Shown: piece by piece, positions 30,348 to 39,902 of the stretch
How positions within the stretch are numbered: position 1 is the stretch's first letter
Layout of the letters: each line of letters begins with the position of its first letter
Assembly (NCBI GenBank): GCA_963748625.1
Contig: CAVVJT010000010.1
Span: forward strand, 1,341,631 to 1,405,630
Direction of reading: 5' to 3'
Source of the DNA: an uncultured Chloroflexia bacterium
GTDB lineage: Bacteria > Chloroflexota > Limnocylindria > Limnocylindrales > CSP1-4
Length of the DNA stretch: 64,000 bases
The notes under the pieces: generated by a model
What the model saw: the letters and a program-made list of their open reading frames with translations, nothing else
Databases searched by the model: none
Told to the model about the DNA's origin: nothing
Made by a program: the position numbers and the translations under genes

Positions 30348-30620
30348 CGCCCGCAGCCACAATTCGCTCCGCACGGGTTTGACAACGCTGGTAGATCCGG
30401 CGCCGCGCTTGGCCATGCAGGTGTAGCAATAGATCCGCCCCCGGTTGTGCCTGCGGTGCTCCGCACGCACGAGCACGTCACCCTGCTGCCTGTTCTGGGC
30501 CCTCTGGAGTGCCCATCAGGTCGCGCGTGTGTTCCGCGGGCAGTTCCACGGCAGGCAGGCCGTCAGGTATTGCCGCGCGCACACGGCCACTGGCGGTCCA
30601 GGCCTGACCGCCGCCGTCGG

Positions 30621-31426
30621 TCAGTCGCCTTCGAGCGCAAGCGCCCGGCGGAACGCCTCGAGCTCGGCCGGGTCGGTCGCGACGATGTGCCTGGCCTCGG
30701 GGTACGCGCCGCCGTGCACGTCGCTCACGAACTCCTGAACGCCGCGATCCGCTCCTGCTGCAGCCGCTCGTACTCGGCCGCGAAGTTGCGGTACGTCTTC
30801 GCGTGGCGCGGCACGTGGCCGGTGTTGTAGCCCAGCATGTCCTCGGCGAAGAGGTACTGGCAGTCCCCGCCCGTGCCGGCGCCCATCGAGACCATGAACA
30901 ACGATGTGCGCTTCGAGATCTCCGTCGCCATGTCGGCCGGCACCACCTCGATCTCCGCCCCGAACGCGCCGGCGTCCTCGAGCGCCTTCGCGGCGCGGTA
31001 GACGGCCATCGCGGCATCGGCGGTCTTGCCCACGGCCTTGAAGCCGCCGGTCCAGGTCGCGCGCGACGGGATCAGGCCCACGTGGCTGATGACCGGCACG
31101 TTGTCGGCGGTCAGCTGCCGGATCGTGGGCAGGCCCGCGGACACGTAGACCGCGTCGGCCGACGCCTTGAGCATGCGGAACGCCCAGCGGGTGAAGTCGT
31201 CGGGGGTGCCCAGCTCGAAGAAGTTGACGCCCGGGACCGCGAAGACCGACGGCGCGACCTCGCGGAACTGCGGCTCGACCATCATCTCGGGCGGCACCGA
31301 CACCATCTCGACGCCGGCCTTCTCGGCCGCCGCCAGCTCGTCCCAGGTGGTCGTCCGGACCATCGTGAACTGGTGCTTGCCCTTCAGGGCCCGGATGTCG
31401 GCGACGGTCAGACGCTTGACGGCCAT
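30621..31426 (-). CDS. Divergent PanB-like hydroxymethyltransferase (frameshift near 30738)
   Basis: HVGLIPS..GGFKAVGK, GAGTGGDCQYL, PRHAKTY; C-terminal DVHGGAYP in another frame. Confidence 0.85.
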
Positions 31427-31527
31427 GGGCGTGGGTTCCTCTCGCTGGCGATGGGGATGACCGGGCCGGGCCGGGACGGGTCCGGTCGGCGCGGGCGTGC
31501 GTGCGCATTCTGCGGCACATGGCGACC

Positions 31528-31539
31528 TAGAGCGCTCTA
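31528..31539. promoter_or_regulatory. LacI-type operator TAGAGCGCTCTA upstream of the PanB-like gene
   Basis: Perfect 12-bp palindrome identical to the cores at 27991 and 36483. Confidence 0.8.
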
Positions 31540-31771
31540 TGTCGGAAGGTAGAGCGGCAGCGTGTCAAGGCCGCGCCTGCCGTCACCGCGCACCGACCCA
31601 CCCCGCTGCACGCTGACCGGGCCAACGCGCGGGTCGCGTGCGATTCCGGCTCGCCCACCGTGCCGAAGCCGGGGGCGTCGGGCTTGTGAGGCGCGATCTG
31701 GCTCGCTGGCTAGACGAATCGAGAGGGCAGCGACGGTAGGCTCGAGGCCGGCAGGGTCCGCCCGATCCACT

Positions 31772-31800
31772 GTACCAAGGAATCGCCCGTCCGTACAAGA
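31772..31800 (+). promoter_or_regulatory. Putative AraC-family tandem binding site upstream of metF
   Basis: GTACCAAGGAA-N11-TACAAGA, matching 24091-24119. Confidence 0.6.
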
Positions 31801-31889
31801 ATCGTGAGGGGGTCCCGCCACCATCGCACCAGACGAGGGCTGCGAGTCGCCGGTGGACGGCAACAGCGGATCGGAGCGAGGTCGGCGTC

Positions 31890-33586
31890 GTGGGCACCCA
31901 GGAGACAGGAACGAACACCCTCAGCGGCACTGGCGCGCTGCGCCGGACGCTCGAGACGCCGGGTGGCTTCGCCACGGTTGTTGAGCTGGTGCCGTGGGCG
32001 GGCGCCCTCCAGGACCCCAAGGGCGTCAAGCCCCTCAAGATGGCCGCCGATCTCGCGGGCAACCAGCGGATCACCGCCCTCTCGATCACCGACAACGCGG
32101 GGGGCCTCGCCAAGCTCCCGCCGGAGGTCCTCGGTGCAGAGGCTGCGAACCACGGCCACGACGTCATCGTCCACGTCGCCTGCCGCGACCGGAACCGCAA
32201 CGGCATGCAGAGCCTCGGCTGGACCCTGCTGTCGCGCGGCCTGACCACCGTCCTCGCCCTCAGCGGCGACTACCCGGCCGGCGGCCACGAAGGCCTCCCG
32301 AGGCCGGTCTTCGACATCGACTCCGTCGGGCTGCTGGACCTCCTCCACCGACTCAGCGATGAGGCCGTCGCCAAGGCGCAGGCCGACGACGCCGCCAGGC
32401 CGACGGCGGACGGTACGACGCCGACCCCGAGGCCAACCGCTTCTACCTCGGCTGCGCGATCGACCCCTTCAAGCGCGTCGAGGCGGGCCTCGTCCCCCAG
32501 CTCCTCAAGCTCGCGCTCAAGGTCCGCGCCGGCGCCGACTACGCCATCACGCAGGTCGGCTTCGACGCCCGCCGCCAGGACACCCTCCTGCGCTGGATGC
32601 GGAACGAGGGCATCTCGATCCCCGTCGTCGGCAGCGCCTACATCCTCTCGGCCCCGGTCGCCCGCGCGTTCAACGCCGGCAAGGTTGCTGGGTGCGTGGT
32701 GTCGGACGATCTGCTCGCCGTCGCCGAGCAGCAGGCCAAGGCCGCCGACAAGGGCCGCGCGTTCTTCCTCGAGCTGGCCGCCAAGCAACTCGTGGTGGCG
32801 CGCGGCATCGGCATGGCCGGCGTCTACATCGCGGGCCAGCGGGACGCGGGCGAGATCGCGCGGATCCTCGAGATGGCCGACGCCCACCCGGCCGATGACT
32901 GGCGCTCGCTCCTCCCGGACGTCTCCTGGCCCGAACCCGACACCTTCTCCCCCTTCGCGTCGGACGGCGCCGGCCTCAACACCGACGAACTCGATGCGGC
33001 GTACGCAACGAGCCTGACCCCCGCCGGGCGCAAGCAGCTCCGCGGTCGGACGCCGTTCTTCTACAAGGTCAGCCGGGTCGTCCACGCCCGCGCCTTCGAG
33101 CCCGGCACCGGCGGGTTCAACGCCTGGAAGCGGGTCTACGGGAAGATCGACAGCGGTCGGCTCGACAAGCCCGTCCACGTCTTCGAGCAGGCGGTCAAGG
33201 CGCCCCTGTACGACTGCCGGGACTGCGGGGACTGCTCCCTGCCGGACATCGCCTACCTCTGCCCCGAGAGCCACTGCCAGAAGAACCAGCGCAACGGTCC
33301 CTGCGGCGGCGGGACGGACGGCCAGTGCGAGATCCCGGGCCACACCTGCATCTGGGCCGACGCGTACACCCGCCTCAAGGCCTACGGCGAGGAGCGCGCG
33401 ATGCTGGACCGGGCGCCCGTGTTCCAGGACAACGAGCTCCGGCGCACCTCGGCGTGGGGCAACGCGTTCCTGGGCCGCGACCATATCGCCAAGCGCCTGG
33501 CCGCCGAGGCCGCCGATGCCGCTGCCGGGACCATCGAAGCCGAAGTGGGCGCCACCGCCACCGCCGCCAAGGAGACGAAGGCATGA
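31890..33586 (+). CDS. metF: Methylenetetrahydrofolate reductase with fused C-terminal MetV-like Cys-rich domain (frameshift near 32420)
   Basis: SITDNAGG, HVACRDRN, LSGDYP, AGADYAITQ; CRDCGDC...CPESHCQKNQRNGPCGG...CIW. Confidence 0.88.
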
Positions 33587-34261
33587 CCGAGCCCTGGCTT
33601 GCGACCATGACCGTCGAGGGGTTCGTGGACCGCCTCTCGTCCGCCGACCCCACCCCTGGCGGGGGCGCCGCCGCAGCGATGATCGGCGCCACGGCCGCCG
33701 GCCTCGTGGCGATGGTGGCCGCGCTGTCGGCCAGCCCCAAGCTCGACGCCTACCGGCCCACGATCGACCGCGCCCGAACCACCGTGCGCGAGGCGGGCAA
33801 CGAGCTCCTCCGGCTGGCGGACGAGGACGCCCGGGCTTTCGAGGCCTTCATGGTGGCCTGGAGATCGACGAAGGGCATGGAGCCTGCCGAGAGGCGTGCG
33901 GTCCTCTCGGACGCCGGACGCGCCTCGCTCGAGCCGCCGCGGGAGATCCTGCGCCAGTGCCTCGCCATCGCCGAGGCCGGGCGAACACCTGGCGGGACGC
34001 AGCAACGTCAACCTCGTGTCGGACCTGCTGTGCGCATCACGCGCAATCGAGGCCGCGGCCCACTGCGCCGCCGAGAACGTGCTCGTGAACGTGGCCAACC
34101 TCGCCGACCGTTCGGAAGCGGACGAGTTGCGCGCAGAGGTGAAGCAGGTGGTGGGCGAGGTCGAACGGCTCGCGCGGGCCACCCGGCGGATCGCCTCCAC
34201 GGGCTCGCTCCGCGGCCCGCAGCGCCGCCGGACCGTGCGCGATACCTCCGCCAGCGCGTAG
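33583..34261 (+). CDS. Formimino-THF cyclodeaminase / methenyl-THF cyclohydrolase (FTCD_C, FchA-like; frameshift near 33980)
   Basis: SSADPTPGGGAAAA, LADEDARAF, NVNLVSD, AAENVLVN. Confidence 0.85.
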
Positions 34262-34312
34262 ACGGGCCCGAGCCGCGCGGCGGCTTGCCCCGGCGACCGG
34301 CGCCGGCCGGGC

Positions 34313-35221
34313 TCACGGGACCTTCGTCACCTCGTCGATGTTCGGGTTGATCGTCGTCCCCTCCTTGCGGCCGTGGTCGTTGGCCGTGTCGTAGGTGTCG
34401 TTGTCGGTGTTCGCCTGGTTCGTGACCTTGTCGAACTCGGCGTCGCCGTCGGCGGGTGACTTGCCCTTGATCTTGGTATGCGCGTTCGTGTATGCCGCCA
34501 CGTCCTTGGCGACATGTCCCGCCTCGTGCCTGGAGATCGCGGCGTGGAAGCGGCTCCACTCGGCCTCCTGGTTCGCCGTCGGCTTCCCCTCGTTCGACTC
34601 CGGCCCTTCGCGGCCCGACCACACGGGGAGCTCCATCACCTGCTTGGCGGTCACGCGGGCGGCCGGCACGGTTTGCGTGCCGTTCTTGCCCTCGACCGGC
34701 GCATCCGTGTCCAGCGAGGGCGTCGTCGTCACGGAGCCCGCCTCCGTGCGGGCTGCAACCGCATCGGACGCCTTGCGCAAGGTGCCGCTGACCGTGTAGG
34801 TGGAGTTCGACGGCGGCCCGACCTTCGTCCAGCTCTGCCCGGTGCCGGCGGCGGGCGTGCCGCTCCCGCCATCGAGCTCGGTTGCTCCATCGCCGCCCGC
34901 GAGCTCGTTGATGCCCTCCGCCTGGGCGAGTGACGAAGTCTCCGATGCCATCTGCTCGTCGTCGTCGGACAGGTCGCGCTGGACGGCTGTCGCGGAGGCG
35001 GGCGTCCGATCTGCCATCAGCTGGACCACGGCCGCGTTGCCGGCGCTGTGCTGGAGGGCGCCGATCGTCCGCTCGGCTGACCCGGCGTCGGCCTGGGAGG
35101 GCGCGGCGATCCGGGCGTTGCCGCCTGGGTGCGCGGACGCCGGTTCCGTGGTGCGGGTGGGCCGGGCTGCCTGGGTCCGGAGCCGGCGATCATCCGTGAT
35201 GTCGACGTGCGAGCGCTGCAT
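34313..35221 (-). CDS. Protein with an eCIS-cargo-like LQxxAGNxAV/VQR N-terminus and an HExxH (DUF922-like) domain
   Basis: LQHSAGNAAVVQL...AVQR; RHEAGH; own TTGTGG-17-CACACT promoter 6 nt before the ATG. Confidence 0.65.
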   Translation of the reverse strand: MQRSHVDITDDRRLRTQAARPTRTTEPASAHPGGNARIAAPSQADAGSAERTIGALQHSAGNAAVVQLMADRTPASATAVQRDLSDDDEQMASETSSLAQAEGINELAGGDGATELDGGSGTPAAGTGQSWTKVGPPSNSTYTVSGTLRKASDAVAARTEAGSVTTTPSLDTDAPVEGKNGTQTVPAARVTAKQVMELPVWSGREGPESNEGKPTANQEAEWSRFHAAISRHEAGHVAKDVAAYTNAHTKIKGKSPADGDAEFDKVTNQANTDNDTYDTANDHGRKEGTTINPNIDEVTKVP

Positions 35222-35339
35222 CGGCGGAGTGTGGTGGATGCGCGCCTCGCCCACAAGCCCCCGGCAGGGCTGGTGCAGCCGGCAGTCGAGTCGCGCCCGC
35301 GCGGTGCCGGACGCAGCCGGGGGCTGGTGTGGTCGCCGG

Positions 35340-36394
35340 GGGCGGACGGGCCCAGGGACCAGCGGCCGCGACGCGGTCCCGTCGGCGCGCGGCGGGCCCG
35401 CCGTCTCCCCCACCACCAGCGACGGCGCCGTCACCTCGTCGGTGACCGGCGGGACGTCGCCCTCGAGGCGCTCGATCGCCCGTCGCACGGCCCGTCGCCC
35501 GAGCAGATCGGCGTCCTGGTGGATGGTGGTCAGCTCGCGCGGCGCCATGCGCGCCAGGGGTGAGCCGTCGTAGCCGACGAGCGACATCGCATCAGGGACG
35601 CGGATCCGGTTGGCCGAAAGGGTGCGCATCACGCCCCAAGCCGCCTCGTCGTTGTAGGTGATGACCGCGGTGGGGAGCGGGTCCATGACGACCAGGGCTT
35701 CGGCGGCCGTGCGACCACCTTCGATCGAGCCGTCGCCCGTGATGACGTGCACCTGGTACTTCAGGCCCGCTCTGGCCATCGCCGCCCGATAGCCGCGGCG
35801 GCGGTCCGAGGCCATCGTGCCGGGGCCGCCGTCCACGTGGACGATCCGCTGATGGCCGAGGCGCACGAGATGCTCGACGGCCAGCGCCAGCCCAGCCTCC
35901 TCGTCCGTGCGGACGATGTCCATCGGCCCTGAGGGATGCACCATCCGCCGCCCGACGATCACCACGGGGAGCGACTCGGTCAGCCGGTTCAGGTCTGGCT
36001 CCGGCAGGTCCGGACCCAGCATCAGGAGCGCGTCCACCCGGTAGCCGAGCAGGGTGCTCACGGCCCGCTTCTCGTCATGCCGGCGGGTGCGGGCGGAGAG
36101 AATCAGCTCGTACCCCGACCGTTCCGCCGCGTGGTAGACGGGCTCCAGAAGGTCCGCATGGTGGAGCGCGTCCACCCGGTAGACGACGCCCAGGAGCCGG
36201 GTCGCCGAGCGGGCGAGCAGCCGGGCGCGCACGTCGGGGCTGTACCCGAGCTGGTCGGCCACCTCGCGGACCCTGGCCCGCGTCTGCTCACTGGCGCCCG
36301 GCGCCCCCCGCATGACGATCGACACGAGGGCGCGCGAGACCCCCGCGGCGCGGGCGACGTCCTCGAGGGTGGGCTTGCGGGGCTGGTCCGTCAT
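35340..36394 (-). CDS. LacI-family repressor (stop codon absent; reads into the downstream gene; 3' end approximate)
   Basis: PTLEDVARAAGVSRALVS, GYSPD..AR, VPDAMSLVGYD, LTTI, LVVGET. Confidence 0.9.
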
Positions 36395-36446
36395 GCGGCT
36401 CCGGGAGCGCCAGGCGTCGGCTGCAGGCGCTCATGCAAATACCATA

Positions 36447-36551
36447 TTGACACGACGCAATCGTTATCGTACGGTGCGCGCCTAGAGCGCTCTAGGTCAC
36501 CAGCCGGCCACGCATCCGGTTCCCTGGCGCAACGAAACTAGAGCGCTCCAG
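36447..36551 (+). promoter_or_regulatory. Sigma70 promoter with two LacI operators for the ABC operon
   Basis: TTGACA-17-TACGGT (36447-36475); CCTAGAGCGCTCTAGG at 36481-36496; CTAGAGCGCTCCAG at 36538-36551. Confidence 0.85.
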
Positions 36552-36648
36552 ACGCGAGCACCCACGGCGGCGACTGACGCCGACGGGGTCAGGAGGAGAG
36601 GGTCGGTCGTCCCCTGGCCGGTCCTGAACAGCGGAAAGGGAGCGAGCA

Positions 36649-37764
36649 GTGTCTCTCACCTCCATCACGGGCACCCGCAAGGCGCTCGTCGGCCTGGCCT
36701 TGGGGGCCATGATCGTCGTGGGGGCCTGCAACAGCGGGGCCCCGAACCAGTCCACGGCTGCCACCGATGCGCCGGGCGCGGCAACTGCAGCACCGGCTGC
36801 CACCGATGCTCCGGGCGCCGCCACCGCAGCCCCGGCCGAGACTGCGGCCCCTGCGGCTGCGGGCGAGCTCAAGATCTTCGTCGTCGGCGGCAAGCCAGAC
36901 GATCCGTTCTGGAGCAAGGTCAAGAAGGGCGTCGACGACGAGGCCAAGGTCGTCGAGGCGTACGGCGGCTCCGTCACCTGGCTGGCCCCCCAGAACTACG
37001 ACAACCTCGGCCCGGATGCGGCCAAGCTGATCCAGAACGCCATCGCCCAGGGCGCCACCGGCGTCATCGGCCCCGACTGGGTCCCCGAGGCCGAGGATCC
37101 GGCATTCAAGGCCGTCGTGGACGCGGGCATCCCGCTCATCATCTACAACGCGGGCGGCATGGAAGCCGCTGAGCGCCTCGGCGCCCTCAACTTCGTCGGC
37201 AACGACGAGTACGCGGCCGGCCTCGGCGGCGGCGAGTACCTCGGCGCCAACGGCGTCAAGCACATCCTGTGCGTCAACACCCTCCCCGGCACCACCAACA
37301 TCGAGGCGCGCTGCAAGGGCCTCGCCGATGGCATCGCCAAGACCGGCGGCACGTCCACCGACCTCGCGCTGCCCTCCTCCCAGTTCGGCGACCAGACCGC
37401 GATCGCCCAGGCCGTCAAGGCCGCGCTCGCCAAGGACGCCACCATCGACGCCGCCGTGACCGTCTCGGCCGCCGACGCCACCGCGGCCGCCTCCGCCATC
37501 CAGCAGGCCGGCGTCACCGACAAGGTCAAGCTCGGCTCGTTCGACTTCGACCCGACTGGCCTCGACCGCATCAAGGCGGGCACCCAGATGATGGCCATCG
37601 ACCAGCAGCCGTACCTCCAGGGTGCGCTCTCCGTGGCCCTCCTGCGCTCGTACATCCAGTTCGGCAACGACCTCCCGACCCGCCCGGTCGGCACCGGCCC
37701 CGGCATCATCGACGCCTCCAACGTGGATGTCGTCATCGCCGGCGCCGCGGCCGGCGCCCGCTAG
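36649..37764 (+). CDS. Sugar (inositol-type) ABC transporter substrate-binding lipoprotein
   Basis: VGAC lipobox; DDPFWSKVKKG, IDQQPYLQG, TGPGII. Confidence 0.92.
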   Translation: MSLTSITGTRKALVGLALGAMIVVGACNSGAPNQSTAATDAPGAATAAPAATDAPGAATAAPAETAAPAAAGELKIFVVGGKPDDPFWSKVKKGVDDEAKVVEAYGGSVTWLAPQNYDNLGPDAAKLIQNAIAQGATGVIGPDWVPEAEDPAFKAVVDAGIPLIIYNAGGMEAAERLGALNFVGNDEYAAGLGGGEYLGANGVKHILCVNTLPGTTNIEARCKGLADGIAKTGGTSTDLALPSSQFGDQTAIAQAVKAALAKDATIDAAVTVSAADATAAASAIQQAGVTDKVKLGSFDFDPTGLDRIKAGTQMMAIDQQPYLQGALSVALLRSYIQFGNDLPTRPVGTGPGIIDASNVDVVIAGAAAGAR

Positions 37765-37778
37765 CCCGTCGCTGTAGT

Positions 37779-37810
37779 GTCGAGGCCCTGGCACACGCCG
37801 GGGCCTCGAC
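37779..37810 (+). terminator. Stem-loop after the SBP gene (mRNA stabiliser or attenuator)
   Basis: GTCGAGGCCCTGGC-ACAC-GCCGGGGCCTCGAC. Confidence 0.6.
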
Positions 37811-37865
37811 GCTTCGCCCCCGCGCACGGCGTCCCAAGCGCGGATCCTGAGGATCGGACCAGCCC

Positions 37866-38933
37866 ATGACGACCGCGGCCGCAACCCCCGCGCCCAATTC
37901 CACGGACGCCCCCGTGCCCCAGGCCGGCATATCGATCGGCAGCCTCGTCCGGCGGCCCGAGACCGGCGCCCTGATCGGCACCGTCGGCGTCTTCATCTTC
38001 TTCGCCGCATTCGGCGGCGTCCAGTTCGTCTCCCCCGGTGGCTTCGCCGCGTGGCTGAACGTGGCAGCGGAGCTTGGCATCATCGCCATCCCGGTCGGCC
38101 TGCTGATGATCTCAGGCGAGCTCGACCTGTCGGTCGGCTCCGTGATCGCGGCGTCGTCGATGACGTTCGCGATCATCGGCGGACACTTCGGCATGCCAGT
38201 CGGCCTGGCGATGATCATCGCCCTGCTGCTGGGCGCCCTCGTCGGCTTCATCAACGGCCAGCTGGTGACCCGCACCCGCGTGCCGAGCTTCATCGTCACC
38301 CTGGCCACCAACTTCGCCCTCGCCGGCATGACGCTCGGCTTCAGCCGCCTCCTGACCAACAACGTGAGCGTGCCGATCGATGCCGGTGAGCCGATGCGCT
38401 CGCTGTTCGGCCAGTTCATCGCGAACCAGTTCGAGGTCATCATCTTCTGGTGGATCGCCGTGATCCTCGTGGTCGGCTGGATCCTCCACGTCACGAAGTT
38501 CGGCAACTGGATCTTCGCCATCGGCGGCGACCTCGAGTCCGCGCGCACCAGTGGGATCCCGACCAACCGCGTGAAGATCGCGCTCTACATGTCGAGCGCC
38601 ACCGCGGCCGCGTTCGTGGGCATCTCCCAGACGATCCTCTACAACAGCGCCCAGGTGGCCAAGGGCCAGAGCTTCGTCTTCAACTCGATCATCGCCGTGG
38701 TCATCGGCGGTGTGCTGCTGACCGGCGGCTACGGCTCGGTCTTCGGCATCGTCCTGGGGACGCTCACCTTCTCGATCGTCAACCAGGGCATCTACTTCAC
38801 CGGCTGGAACGCGGACTGGGCGAGCCTGATCCTGGGCATCCTGCTGCTGGCCGCGGTCCTCATGAACAACACCTTCCGCAAGATGGCGCTGTCCTACAAC
38901 CCGGGCGCGAAGAGCAAGAAGGCGAAGGGCTGA
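37866..38933 (+). CDS. Sugar ABC transporter permease (CUT2)
   Basis: GELDLSVGS, VPSFIVTL, AVVIGGVLLTGGYGS. Confidence 0.93.
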   Translation: MTTAAATPAPNSTDAPVPQAGISIGSLVRRPETGALIGTVGVFIFFAAFGGVQFVSPGGFAAWLNVAAELGIIAIPVGLLMISGELDLSVGSVIAASSMTFAIIGGHFGMPVGLAMIIALLLGALVGFINGQLVTRTRVPSFIVTLATNFALAGMTLGFSRLLTNNVSVPIDAGEPMRSLFGQFIANQFEVIIFWWIAVILVVGWILHVTKFGNWIFAIGGDLESARTSGIPTNRVKIALYMSSATAAAFVGISQTILYNSAQVAKGQSFVFNSIIAVVIGGVLLTGGYGSVFGIVLGTLTFSIVNQGIYFTGWNADWASLILGILLLAAVLMNNTFRKMALSYNPGAKSKKAKG

Positions 38934-38936
38934 GCG

Positions 38937-39809
38937 ATGACCACCGAGAACCCGGCAGTCACCCCCGCCACGCCCGCACCGGCCGCGCGCACCGACACCC
39001 CGCTACTGCGACTGTCGAACATCAACATGTCGTTCGGCGCCACCCAGGTGCTCAACGACATCAACATCGAGGTCCGCTCGGGCGAGGTCCTGTGCCTCCT
39101 GGGCGACAACGGCGCCGGCAAGTCCACCCTGATCAAGATCATGTCCGGGGTCTACCAGCCCAAGGGCGGCACGATCGAGGTGAACGGGCAGCCCGTGGTC
39201 TTCAAGAGCCCGCGTGACACGGCGAAGCACGGCATCGCGACGGTCCACCAGTTCGGCGGCACGTTCCCGCTGATGACGATCGGCCGCTCGTTCTTCGTGG
39301 GCGCGGAGCCCGAGAAGGGCTGGGGTCCGTTCAAGCGCTTCGACCGCAAGTACGCCAATGAGACCGCCGTGCGCGAGATGCGCCAGTTCGGCATCACGCG
39401 CGTCACCGACGGCAACCGCCTGGTGGGCGGCCTGTCGGGCGGCGAGCGGCAGGCGCTTGCGATCGGCCGCGCGGTCTACTTCGGCGCCAACGTCCTGATC
39501 CTCGACGAGCCCACCGCGGCGCTCGGCGTGAAGGAGGCGGCCCACGTCCTGCGCATGGTCATCTCCGCGCGCAAGAAGGGGATCGCGGTCGTGTTCATCA
39601 CCCACCAGGTGACGCATGCGATGACCGTGGGCGACCACTTCGCTGTGCTCATCCGCGGCTCCAAGGCGGCCGACTTCCGCAAGGGTGAGAAGACCCGCGA
39701 GGAGATCACCGACTTGATGGCCGGCGGCGAGGCGATGGCCGAGCTCGAGGCGGAGCTGGAGGCGCACCTGGTCAGCCACGACGGGAACGTCCCGCAGGTC
39801 CCGGGCTGA
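38937..39809 (+). CDS. Sugar ABC transporter ATP-binding protein (single NBD)
   Basis: GDNGAGKST, LSGGERQ, ILDEPT. Confidence 0.95.
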   Translation: MTTENPAVTPATPAPAARTDTPLLRLSNINMSFGATQVLNDINIEVRSGEVLCLLGDNGAGKSTLIKIMSGVYQPKGGTIEVNGQPVVFKSPRDTAKHGIATVHQFGGTFPLMTIGRSFFVGAEPEKGWGPFKRFDRKYANETAVREMRQFGITRVTDGNRLVGGLSGGERQALAIGRAVYFGANVLILDEPTAALGVKEAAHVLRMVISARKKGIAVVFITHQVTHAMTVGDHFAVLIRGSKAADFRKGEKTREEITDLMAGGEAMAELEAELEAHLVSHDGNVPQVPG

Positions 39810-39902
39810 GGCCGGGGCATCGGGATGGACGAATCCTCGGTGCCCGGCCGGTGCGGCGTTCCCGGCCGCTCCGGGGTTCCTGGTGCAGGCGGCCTCCCCG
39901 GC

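Noticed and set aside
30360-30600. Possible small Cys-rich ORF (IYCYTCM) on the minus strand between convergent genes
   Set aside because: No consistent frame, start or RBS; cannot be distinguished from chance
31540-31890. SAM, THF or cobalamin riboswitch upstream of metF or the corrinoid genes
   Set aside because: I could not recognise conserved riboswitch cores; an Infernal/Rfam scan would settle it
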